The notes under the pieces are model-generated. The model was not told where the DNA came from. It did not search any database and saw only the letters and a program-made list of their open reading frames with translations. The translations under genes and the position numbers were made by a program. A DNA stretch of 64,000 nt from an uncultured Candidatus Rokubacteria bacterium. GTDB taxonomy: Bacteria; Methylomirabilota; Methylomirabilia; Rokubacteriales; CSP1-6. The stretch covers positions 384,001 to 448,000 of the forward strand of contig CAVWFS010000008.1 in assembly GCA_963754315.1 (NCBI GenBank). Direction: 5' to 3'. Positions 39,773 to 48,604 of this stretch are shown piece by piece; position 1 is the first letter of the stretch; each line of letters starts with the position of its first letter.

Positions 39773-40900
39773 ATGAAGCCCAGGAACATCGTCATCGCCT
39801 GGTTCGCTTTCGCTCTGCCCGTGCTGATCCTTGCCGGCGTACTCTGGCGCGGTCCCGGCGACGCCGCCGCGCAGCAGAAGATCGTCTGGAAGGTGCAGAG
39901 CACCTGGCCGGCCACCAACCTGCTCCACATCTCCGCCCTCGAGCTGGCCAAGATGGTGGAGGAGATGTCGGGCGGCCGCCTCAAGTGGGAGATGTCGGCG
40001 GCCGGCACCGTGGTCCCGGCCTTCGAGGTGCTCGACGCCGTCAACCGCGGGATCATCGACGCCTCGCACGCCTGGCCGGGCTACTGGGCGGGCAAGAACT
40101 CCGCGGCCGGCCTCTTCGCGCCCGGTCCCGGCGGGCCGTTCGGTATGGACCGCGAGGAGTACCTCGGCTGGCTCTTCGCCGGTGGCGGGCTCGAGCTCTA
40201 CAACGAGCTGCTGCAGAAAGAGCTCAAGATGAACGTGGTGGTGCCGGTCTTCACCACCAGCCTGCCGTACTGGGAGCCGCTCGGCTGGTTCAAGAAGCCG
40301 TTCAATAACCTCGACGACCTGCGCAAGATGCGGTTCCGCACCTCCGGCCTCGGCATGGAGATGATGAAGGGCATGGGCGTTTCGGTGGTGACGCTCGCCG
40401 GCGGCGAGGTCATCCCCGCGCTCGAGCGGGGGGCGATCGAGGGCGCCGAGTGGGCGATCCCCAGCCACGATATCCTGATGGGCTTCCAGAACGTCACCAA
40501 GAACTACTACATGCCCGACCTGCGCCAGCCCGCCTCCTACCAGGAGGTGCTGATCAACAAGGCGAAATGGGACGCGCTGCCGAAGGACCTCCAGGCGATC
40601 GTGAAGTGGGCGGGCATGGCCGAGATCATCCGCATGACCGCGTACAGCGTGGATCAGGACAGCAAGGCCATCCAGGAGCTCGAGAACAAGCACGGGGTGA
40701 AGGTTCTCAAGACGCCGGACGACGTCCTCAAGGCCCAGCTCCCGGCCATCGACAAGGTCTACGAGGCGGAGGCCCAGAAGAACCCGTTCTTCGCCAAAGT
40801 GCTCAAGTCGCAGAAGGAATTCGCCCAGCGCGCCGTCCCCCACGCGCAGAAGATCCGGCCGCCTATCGAGGTGGTCGTGGCGCACTACTGGAAGAAGTAG
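39773..40900 (+). CDS. dctP: Second TRAP solute-binding protein DctP (TakP-like)
   Basis: WKVQSTW, YWAGK, GWFKKP, MRFRTSGL, GEVIPALERGAIEGAEW. Confidence 0.93.
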   Translation: MKPRNIVIAWFAFALPVLILAGVLWRGPGDAAAQQKIVWKVQSTWPATNLLHISALELAKMVEEMSGGRLKWEMSAAGTVVPAFEVLDAVNRGIIDASHAWPGYWAGKNSAAGLFAPGPGGPFGMDREEYLGWLFAGGGLELYNELLQKELKMNVVVPVFTTSLPYWEPLGWFKKPFNNLDDLRKMRFRTSGLGMEMMKGMGVSVVTLAGGEVIPALERGAIEGAEWAIPSHDILMGFQNVTKNYYMPDLRQPASYQEVLINKAKWDALPKDLQAIVKWAGMAEIIRMTAYSVDQDSKAIQELENKHGVKVLKTPDDVLKAQLPAIDKVYEAEAQKNPFFAKVLKSQKEFAQRAVPHAQKIRPPIEVVVAHYWKK

Positions 40901-40923
40901 ACGGGCGCGCCGCCGGACCTCGT

Positions 40924-40964
40924 GCTAGCGTCTTGTGCTAGCGTTGCTAGCGCGATACGCTAGC
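40924..40964. promoter_or_regulatory. Array of four GCTAGC palindromes, probable TA autorepression operator
   Basis: gctagc at 40924, 40937, 40946 and 40959, directly upstream of an RHH antitoxin ATG (40971). Confidence 0.65.
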
Positions 40965-40970
40965 ACGAGC

Positions 40971-41198
40971 ATGGCGACGATCATTGTCCGCAACCTCGAT
41001 GAGGAGGTGGCCGCGCGCCTGCGGTTGCAGGCTCGTCTGCGCGGTGTGTCGGTGGAACAGGAGGTGCGGCGGCTCCTCGCTGAGGGTACGCAACCAAGCC
41101 GTGCCGAGATTGCAGCACGGGCCGCCGTGATCCGGGCGCGGCAGCGCCCTGGCCGGTCTCGTGGTGTGGATCTGATCAGAGACGATCGAGAGCGGTGA
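40971..41198 (+). CDS. FitA-like ribbon-helix-helix antitoxin
   Basis: MATIIVRNLDEEVAARLRLQARLRGVSVEQEVRRLL...DLIRDDR. Confidence 0.88.
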   Translation: MATIIVRNLDEEVAARLRLQARLRGVSVEQEVRRLLAEGTQPSRAEIAARAAVIRARQRPGRSRGVDLIRDDRER

Positions 41199-41704
41199 CA
41201 CCACGCCCGTCTTCTCGTGGCCGCGCCCCGCGGGTCCGCGAGCGCGTGATCCGGTACACCGCTTCCACGACGGCCCGGTCGTGGTGGATGCCTCGATCGC
41301 CTTTCTGTGGTTCGCGAACGAGCCTAACGGGTGGGGGGCCGAGCAGCTGCTGGAGGCCGAGTCGGCGCTGCTCGCGCCCGACCTGATGGCAGCCGAGGTC
41401 AGCAATGCGTGGTGGAAGAAGCGCCGGCGTCGCGAGATGGAGCTGAGCCGACGTGGAGCAGGCCGTGACGAACCTCCTCGCGGTGGGGATTGTCTGGACG
41501 CCTTCGACGGTACTGCTGCGGCCGGCGACCCGGCTGGCCGCCGAGATCGGTCACCCAGTCTACGATTGCCTCTATCTGACACTGGCCGCGTCGCACGCCG
41601 CGCCGCTGGCGACCGCGGATGACCGCCTGAGGCTGGCCGCCGAGCGAGTCGGCATCCGACTGATGGAGCGGTACTGGATCGGCGCCCCGATGACACGTGC
41701 GTGA
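41195..41704 (+). pseudogene. vapC: VapC PIN toxin split by frameshift(s) (pseudogene or sequencing error)
   Basis: VVDASIAFLWF..E..APDL..AEV.NA in one frame; after about 41446, HPVYDCLYL..LATADDRL in another. The GTGA-coupled start at 41195 is also out of frame with VVDAS. Confidence 0.78.
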
Positions 41705-41731
41705 GGGCCCGATGAAAGGGCCACGCGGCTG

Positions 41732-42826
41732 ATGGCGCCACGGCACGTCATCGTCTGCGGCGCCGGCGTCATGGGCGCCTCGGTGGCCTATTTCCTGGCG
41801 CGCCGGGGCGTCGCCGTCACCGTGGTGGAGCGCTCGGGTGTGGCGTGTGCCGCGTCGGGCAAGTCCGGCGGGTTCCTCGCCCTCGACTGGTGCGATGGGT
41901 CGCCGCTCGGTCCCCTGGCCCGGGCCAGCTTTGTGCTCCACGCGGAGCTGCCACGGCAACTCGGGACCGACTACGGCTATCGGCGCATGGACACCTTCAT
42001 GCTGGTGGCCCGCGAGCAGGGAAGCCCTGCCGGTGGCCACCGGTTGACGCCTCCGTCATGGCTCGACGGCGCTGGTGTCGTCACTGCCGCGCTCGGCTCC
42101 ACCGAGACCACCGCTCAGGTCCATCCCGCCCGGTTCACCGAGGCCCTGCTCGGCGCCGCTCAGGCTCACGGAGCTGTCCTGCACATCGGCCGCGTCGAGG
42201 ACGTGCTCCGGCGCGACGGCGCGGCCTGCGGCGTCAGGGTGGACGGCCAGACGATCGAGGCTGACGCCGTCGTTCTGGCCATGGGTCCGTGGACGGGCCG
42301 AGTCGCCGGACGGCTGCCACTTCCCCGCATCGGCGGGCTCAAGGGCCACAGCGTGACCCTGGCGGGGGCCGATGTTCCCGCCCACGCGCTCTTCGTCGAC
42401 TACCGTACGGCGAACGGCCGTCACCTGGAACCGGAGATCTTTCCGCGCTCCGACGGTGAGGTGTACGTGTGCGGGATGGCCGACCCGTCGCCGCTGCCGG
42501 ACTCGCCAGAGGACGTGGAGGTGAGCGCAATGTCGTGCGCCACCCTGGCCCGCGCCGCTGGCCGTGTGTCGACAGCGCTGGCGACCGCTCGCATCACTCG
42601 CCAGCAGGCGTGCTATCGGCCTGTCACCGACGACGGGCTCCCGCTAATCGGCCGTGTTCCAATGTTCGCCAACGTCTACGTGGCGACTGGCCACGGCCCC
42701 TGGGGGATCCTCAACGCGCCCGGCACCGGCCTCTCGCTGGCTGAGCTGATCACCGAGGGTGCCGCCTCGTCGGTCGATCTGAAGCCCTTCGACCCTGCCC
42801 GTCTGCCGGCTACGAGGCTCGGCTGA
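41732..42826 (+). CDS. FAD-dependent oxidoreductase (DAO/glycine oxidase family)
   Basis: GAGVMG, ASGKSGGFLA, CYRP..DGLPLIG, TGHGPWGILNAPGTG. Confidence 0.92.
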   Translation: MAPRHVIVCGAGVMGASVAYFLARRGVAVTVVERSGVACAASGKSGGFLALDWCDGSPLGPLARASFVLHAELPRQLGTDYGYRRMDTFMLVAREQGSPAGGHRLTPPSWLDGAGVVTAALGSTETTAQVHPARFTEALLGAAQAHGAVLHIGRVEDVLRRDGAACGVRVDGQTIEADAVVLAMGPWTGRVAGRLPLPRIGGLKGHSVTLAGADVPAHALFVDYRTANGRHLEPEIFPRSDGEVYVCGMADPSPLPDSPEDVEVSAMSCATLARAAGRVSTALATARITRQQACYRPVTDDGLPLIGRVPMFANVYVATGHGPWGILNAPGTGLSLAELITEGAASSVDLKPFDPARLPATRLG

Positions 42827-42835
42827 GCTGCACGA

Positions 42836-42868
42836 AGCGACAGCTGGCGTCGCGCCACGGCTGTCGCT
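42836..42868. terminator. Hairpin between convergent genes
   Basis: agcgacagc-tggcg / cgcca-cg-gctgtcgct. Confidence 0.5.
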
Positions 42869-42928
42869 CCGCTTGGGCCATTCATTCTCGACCCGGACGG
42901 CTGACAAGCCCTCTGCGCTGGGCCGCGT

Positions 42929-45349
42929 TCATTGGCCGGCGTTTGCGTCGATGAACTCGTCGGCCTGGGAACGCAGGGTATCCGTGCTCTGATCGACCGT
43001 GAGGAGAAACGCGACGAGATTAGCCCTGTCGGTCGCGTTGAGAATGGTTTGGATGGTGCCGCCGGCCGTACCCAGCCCGTGAAGTGGGAACACCGCCTCG
43101 AGCGTTTGCGCCGCGCCGTTGTGCAGGTACGGAGCGGTGTATCTCAGCGAGAGCAGGGAAGGAACGTTGAAGCCGGCCGCGCCGAAGGGCAGCGCGCCGT
43201 TCTGGCGGATCTCGATGGGGTTAGTGGGAATGAACGTCCCCACATTTTCCAGATACTTGAAGATATTCGACCCGATCGTGAGCTGAGTGATCTGGGCGGC
43301 AATGTTGGTCACCCCCGGGTCGAGGGGGGTACCACCCAGGGCGGGGTCACGATTGAAGGCCGGATTGTCGCGGTGAAGAATTGTGCTCTTCGTCCACTTG
43401 GGGCCGCCGTGGCAGGACGCGCAGTTGGCCTGGAAGACGGTGCGCCCCGCCGAGGCGGCGGCTGGACTGGCGGCCGCGGGGGCCCGAAGCGAACGTACCG
43501 CGAGGGCGATCCAGAAGGTCTGGGCGTCGAGGGCGTCGCTGACACCGAACACCGGGCCGTGGTCATAGACCGAGGCCGGGTCGTCGGCGAAGCCGATGCC
43601 GCCCTGGACGGCGCGCGAGTTCTGGTTGAAGTCTGTATTGCTCCCGCGGTTGAAGGACCACAGGATGCCCCGCTGGTCGAGCTGGTTGTGCTTGCTGTAG
43701 GTGCCGTCGAGAGGGATCGTCGACCGCGGGCCGGCGGCAAAGATCCAGGTGACGTTGTCCGAGAGCCCCTCCGGGTGGCAGGATGCGCATGAGCTCCACG
43801 CATCTCTCGACTGCTTGCCACGGAACTGGAGCGGGTCGAAGTTGCGGATGGGGGTGTCGAAGATGCCGTTGTTGGGGATGCCGAGGGCCGTGAAGAAGGC
43901 GAGCTTGCCCACGAGGATCGCGTGCTCGATGGTCCCTGGCCCCGGCGGGGTGCCGGACGGGAAGTCTCGGGTGATGAGGGTGTTCGTGTTCAGATTGATG
44001 ATGCTGACCGAGACGTTGACCTCGTTGTTGACATATGCGCGCAGACCGCCTTGGGAGTCTTCCCGGATGACGACCCCGTTGGGGATGTTGCCCACCTGGA
44101 AGCGTGTCAGCGCCGTTGGTCCCCCGCCGCCGCACACGAGCTGGTTGCCGCCACGACTGATCCCGCAGATTCGGCTGGCGTCGGCAGTGGCATCCAGGGC
44201 GACGACGTCGTTGAGGAAGGTCCTGAGCAGGCTGGTGGTAGGATTCGCGGGCGCCGGTTCGAGGTCCACGAGAGTGTTGACGTTCAGCGCCGCCACCTGG
44301 GCGCGCGAGGGGATGTCGACGAGGTGCAAGAGGGCCTGGACGTTGGTGTTGAAGTTGATGTTCTGCACGGGAGGCTCCGGCTGAGCCCCGATACTCAGGA
44401 CGAAGAGCTGGGTCCCTCGGATCAAGAGCGCGCCCAGCTGATTGGGGAACACGCCCTGCGGGTCTTGGACGATGATGGCACTGCCGGCCGGCGCCGTGGT
44501 GTCCGGGCAGAACGTGTTGTTGACGGCGGCGGGATTGAGGTGGGTACAGAGGTTCGTGCGATTGGCGGTGAAGCCGGAGTTAGCCAAGGGCTGCAGGTTG
44601 ATCCGTAAGGGGGGTGAGGCGGATCCGACCAAGAACGACAGGACGACGCCTTGCTTGCCGTTGTCGAATCCTTCTCCCGGACCGCCCGGGATCAACTCGG
44701 CGAAGAACAACGACACGAAGACCGTCTCGTCCACGTCGATCGGGTCACCATTGTTGGTGATGGCGATGGCCTCCGGATTGCCGCCCACGTCGTGGACCCG
44801 CAGGATCGTCCGGAGCTGTGGAGATATCTCGAAGACCTTGCCGGTGAAATCGGCCACGTAGAGCCTTGACGCGTTCGGCGTCAGCGCGCAGCCGCGCAGC
44901 TCGGTGCCCACGGCAATCTCGGCCACCACGTTCGGAGTGTCGGCGAGGCTGATGACGGAGACGGTCCCGTTGCCCGAGCTCGTCACGTAGGCCTCGCCGT
45001 CGTTAGGACTGACGGCCACGCAGCGAGGTTCCGGGCCCACCGAGACCTCCCCGAGCTTCACCGGGGGATCTACGTCGACCAGAAAGGGGATTATCCCGAA
45101 GAGGAACTCCACTCTACCCACCTGGATGACGGAAACGCTGTTCGTCTCTCGGTTGGCGACCACGATCCGGGTGCCATCGTTCGTGAGGGCGATCGTCGTC
45201 GATCGCGATGGCCTCGTCAGGGTGAGTCCATTCGATCGCGCCGGGCGGGAGACGGCGAGGCCCCCGAGCACGACCACCGCTCCCAAGGCGACAAGGCATG
45301 CCTTGCGTCCACTGCTCGATCGACACACGGAGAACACGGCGCGACTCAT
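42929..45349 (-). CDS. Secreted YVTN/YncE-type beta-propeller fused to a di-heme cytochrome c peroxidase-like domain
   Basis: Signal peptide; VVAN/AYVT/LYVA/AYVN blades with VG.EP linkers; two CASCH motifs; FNVPSL...TAPYLHNG. Confidence 0.85.
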   Translation of the reverse strand: MSRAVFSVCRSSSGRKACLVALGAVVVLGGLAVSRPARSNGLTLTRPSRSTTIALTNDGTRIVVANRETNSVSVIQVGRVEFLFGIIPFLVDVDPPVKLGEVSVGPEPRCVAVSPNDGEAYVTSSGNGTVSVISLADTPNVVAEIAVGTELRGCALTPNASRLYVADFTGKVFEISPQLRTILRVHDVGGNPEAIAITNNGDPIDVDETVFVSLFFAELIPGGPGEGFDNGKQGVVLSFLVGSASPPLRINLQPLANSGFTANRTNLCTHLNPAAVNNTFCPDTTAPAGSAIIVQDPQGVFPNQLGALLIRGTQLFVLSIGAQPEPPVQNINFNTNVQALLHLVDIPSRAQVAALNVNTLVDLEPAPANPTTSLLRTFLNDVVALDATADASRICGISRGGNQLVCGGGGPTALTRFQVGNIPNGVVIREDSQGGLRAYVNNEVNVSVSIINLNTNTLITRDFPSGTPPGPGTIEHAILVGKLAFFTALGIPNNGIFDTPIRNFDPLQFRGKQSRDAWSSCASCHPEGLSDNVTWIFAAGPRSTIPLDGTYSKHNQLDQRGILWSFNRGSNTDFNQNSRAVQGGIGFADDPASVYDHGPVFGVSDALDAQTFWIALAVRSLRAPAAASPAAASAGRTVFQANCASCHGGPKWTKSTILHRDNPAFNRDPALGGTPLDPGVTNIAAQITQLTIGSNIFKYLENVGTFIPTNPIEIRQNGALPFGAAGFNVPSLLSLRYTAPYLHNGAAQTLEAVFPLHGLGTAGGTIQTILNATDRANLVAFLLTVDQSTDTLRSQADEFIDANAGQ

Positions 45350-45542
45350 GGCGTCTCCTCCTGCGATGGACCAGATTGCGTTTCCGCCTCAGCTCAGGCT
45401 CCGACACGAGCTTAGGGCAACGGCGCGTCCGCAGTCACAAAATCTGAGTAAGAATTCGGTAAGAGGTGCGATTCGTCCATGATGCATCGCATCGTGCAGA
45501 CACGCTACCCCTTTAATATTGCGGGGCCACCCATGAATGCGC

Positions 45543-46553
45543 TCACCGGCAGGAGGGGAGCACCTGATCGCCGAACAGCTTGATGGCCTCCATGATCTTT
45601 GCGTGAGGTGGGCCGCCGGAGTGGGCATGCCGCAGGCGGAGCAGGAAATAATCGGCGCCAGTGGCCTCGTGCCAGCGACGGAACTCGCGCACGCACGTCT
45701 CGGGATCGCCCAGAATGAGCCGATCAGGGGCGAGGTTCTCCAGGGTGAATTCCGTGCCCGGGGGAATGTTGCGAAACTCTGACAGTCGATTCTGCCAATA
45801 GTAGCGATACGCCGCCATCACCTCGGGGCCGTACACGGCGTCAGCCTCGGCGCGAGTGCGGGCCACCCACGCATCGCGCATCAGGACCACCTGTGGTTGC
45901 CGGCCTGCCTGCCGGGCAGCCTCCTTGTACGTCTCGGCCAGGCGCACCGCGCCGGCGAGGGTGGTACTGGGAGTGCCAACGAAAGCGTCGGCCAGGACAC
46001 CTGCACGGCGTAGGGCAGCCGGGACGCTGGCGCCGATCCATAGCGGTGGTCCCGGCCGCTGGAATGGCTTCGGGCGAATGCAGACGTCCTCCAGCGTGTA
46101 ATGCTTGCCGCGGAAGGAGAAGGGCTCACCGGTGAAAGACTTACGGATGATCTCCACGCCCTCCTCGAAGAGCGCCACGCGGTGCTCCATGGCCACGGAG
46201 AACGCGCGGAAGTCTGCAGCTTGGTAGCCGATACCCACACCGAGGACGAGTCGGCCCTTGGAAACGAGATCGAGGGTGATGGCATCCTCGGCGATTCGCA
46301 CCGGATGATGAAGCGGCAGCAAGATGACCGACGTGCCAACGCGCAAGCGGCGGGTGTGGGCGGCCACGGCCGTGGCCACGATGAGGGGCGAGGGCAGGAA
46401 GCCGTCGGCGTCCTGGTGGTGCTCACCGAAGAAACACGAATCGAAGCCGCTGGCCTCGGCCAGCTGAGCCTCGGCGATGACCTCGTCGATCGCGCGGTCC
46501 AGATGCTCACCCCGCGGGGGATTGGCGATGGAGCTATAGAGACCGAATTGCAT
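45543..46553 (-). CDS. LLM class flavin-dependent oxidoreductase
   Basis: AEASGFD..FGEHH, HPVRIAED..LD..SKGRLVLGVGIGY. Confidence 0.92.
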   Translation of the reverse strand: MQFGLYSSIANPPRGEHLDRAIDEVIAEAQLAEASGFDSCFFGEHHQDADGFLPSPLIVATAVAAHTRRLRVGTSVILLPLHHPVRIAEDAITLDLVSKGRLVLGVGIGYQAADFRAFSVAMEHRVALFEEGVEIIRKSFTGEPFSFRGKHYTLEDVCIRPKPFQRPGPPLWIGASVPAALRRAGVLADAFVGTPSTTLAGAVRLAETYKEAARQAGRQPQVVLMRDAWVARTRAEADAVYGPEVMAAYRYYWQNRLSEFRNIPPGTEFTLENLAPDRLILGDPETCVREFRRWHEATGADYFLLRLRHAHSGGPPHAKIMEAIKLFGDQVLPSCR

Positions 46554-46569
46554 GGAGGCTTCCTCCCTC

Positions 46570-47616
46570 TCAGTCCAGCCGGTACGCGCGCCGGGCCGTT
46601 CCGCTGAAGAGCGCCAGCTTCTCGGCCGCCGACGCGCCGGCGGCGATGCGCTTGAACGCGTTCCACAGGGCGGCCCACCCGATGCCCATCTTCTCCACCG
46701 GGAAATTGCTCTCGAACATGCAGCGATCCGCCCCGAACAGCTCGATGCACGGCTCGATGTAGGGACGCCAGAGCGTGGCGAGGTCGACCGACGACGGCGG
46801 AGCGGCCTTCGTTCGATAGTCGTAGGCGGCCAGCCGCATCATCATGCCCCCCAGCTTCATGACCACGTTCGGGCACTCCGCCAGCTCGGTGACGCCCGCT
46901 TTCCAGACGGCGAACACTTCCTGGTGCTTGCCCGTGTAGGGACCGTAGCCGAGAGGGCCACCCACGTGGTTCACGATGATGTTCGCATGGGGAAAGGCTC
47001 GAGCCAGATCAGTGATGTCGGCCAGCTGCGGATGGAAGGCCCAGGCGTCAAGCGACAGGCCGAGCGCGGTCAAACGGGCGAGGCCGGCGCGGAAGTCCCC
47101 TTGCTGCATCAGATGGGGCCCATGCGCGGTCCGGCTGTTGCCGATCACGTCGCTCGTGTCCCACGCCGCCGCGTGTCGCACGCCCCGGAAGCGCGCACCC
47201 CCGGCCCGGATGTTCGCTTCCAGCACAGGCTCGACTCGGTCCCCGAGGGTGAGGTCGGCAAAGCCGACGATGCCGGCCGCGACGCGCGTCCTGCCATAGA
47301 GGCCGCTCTCGCTCATGGCGGCCACACCGGCCACGAACTCGGTCTGCCCGACGGGCCGCATGTCGGCCGGGCCGTGGGCGCGGTACATGGCATTGCATTC
47401 CACGAACACGGTGGCCTCGACGTTGTGTCCTGAGTTGACGTCGGCGAGAAACTCGTGGAGCAGATACCGATGGTCCGGACGCTCCCACAGATGATGGTGC
47501 GTGTCGATGATAGGCAGTTCGGCATCGAGAATAGGCTCGGCCGGCTGCTTGGCGAGCCATGCCTCGTCGGGCGCGTAGATCCTCCCGAACTGGGTCGGGC
47601 GCGTGGGCTCTGGCAC
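46570..47616 (-). CDS. Amidohydrolase family 2 (lactonase-like)
   Basis: IIDTHHHLW, FRGVRH, VNHVGGP, FGADRCMFESNFP. Confidence 0.9.
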   Translation of the reverse strand: MPEPTRPTQFGRIYAPDEAWLAKQPAEPILDAELPIIDTHHHLWERPDHRYLLHEFLADVNSGHNVEATVFVECNAMYRAHGPADMRPVGQTEFVAGVAAMSESGLYGRTRVAAGIVGFADLTLGDRVEPVLEANIRAGGARFRGVRHAAAWDTSDVIGNSRTAHGPHLMQQGDFRAGLARLTALGLSLDAWAFHPQLADITDLARAFPHANIIVNHVGGPLGYGPYTGKHQEVFAVWKAGVTELAECPNVVMKLGGMMMRLAAYDYRTKAAPPSSVDLATLWRPYIEPCIELFGADRCMFESNFPVEKMGIGWAALWNAFKRIAAGASAAEKLALFSGTARRAYRLD

Positions 47617-47634
47617 CGAGTTCTCTCTGCCTCC

Positions 47635-48489
47635 TCAGGCGCGGGCCTGATGGATGAAGCGAGCACAGCGGTCGAGGACGGGCAACACCTCGTCGGCCTT
47701 GGCCGGCGCCACGTTGAAGACGAGGCGGGCGACGCCGGCGTCACGGTAACGCTTGATGAGATCGAGATCCTCCGTCACCCCGAAGATCGTGATGGGGAGG
47801 GTGTGGGGATCGCGCCCGGCCGCAGCAGCCATCGTGCGGAACTCGGGCAGGAGGCCGAGCACATCGCCATAGGCGGGACGTCGCGCATGGGGTACCCAGC
47901 CGTCCCCGTAGGCGATGGCGCGCCGCGCCCCGTACGGATAGGCCCCGCCGACGATCACGGGTGGATGCGGCTTCTGCACAGGCTTCGGCCAGGTCATCAT
48001 CGGCGGAAACTGCACGAACTGACCGCTATATTCCGGCTTGGACTTCGTCCAGATCACCTTCATGGCTTCCACCCGCTCCCGCATGACCTCGAAGCGGGAC
48101 TTGAAGGCCGTGCCGTGATCGGCCATCTCCTCGGCATTCCAGCCGGCTCCGATACCGAACAGAAATCGACCCCCCGAGATCTGATCGAGGGTGGCCACCT
48201 GCTTCGCGGTCTGGATCGGATCGCGCTGGACGATCAGACAGACTCCGGTCGCGACCTTCAGGGTGACGGTCGCCGCCGCCGCCGCCGCCAAGGTCACGAA
48301 GGGATCCATCACGTCGTAGTATTTCTTGGGCAGGTCGCCCCCTTGCGGGAAGGGCGACTGGCGAGACAGCGGGATATGCGAGTGCTCGGGCGCCCAGAGC
48401 GATTCGAATCCGCGCTCCTCCAGGGCCCCGCCCAGCGCAGCCGGCCCGATCGAGTAGTCCGTGAAGAAAATTGCCGCTCCGAACTCCAT
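47635..48489 (-). CDS. LLM class putative F420-dependent oxidoreductase (Rv2161c-like)
   Basis: GFESLWAPEHSHIP, DPFVTL, AKQVATLD, GAGWNAEE, PKPVQKPHPP. Confidence 0.88.
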   Translation of the reverse strand: MEFGAAIFFTDYSIGPAALGGALEERGFESLWAPEHSHIPLSRQSPFPQGGDLPKKYYDVMDPFVTLAAAAAATVTLKVATGVCLIVQRDPIQTAKQVATLDQISGGRFLFGIGAGWNAEEMADHGTAFKSRFEVMRERVEAMKVIWTKSKPEYSGQFVQFPPMMTWPKPVQKPHPPVIVGGAYPYGARRAIAYGDGWVPHARRPAYGDVLGLLPEFRTMAAAAGRDPHTLPITIFGVTEDLDLIKRYRDAGVARLVFNVAPAKADEVLPVLDRCARFIHQARA

Positions 48490-48604
48490 CTCTCTGCCTC
48501 CTCTCACTGCCCCGGTATCTGCGGCCCCCAGCATAACGGCAGGACCGGGGCTCGCGCCATGGCCCGCGGCGGGAGCACGCTATAATCCGCCCGGTGTGGT
48601 TCCG

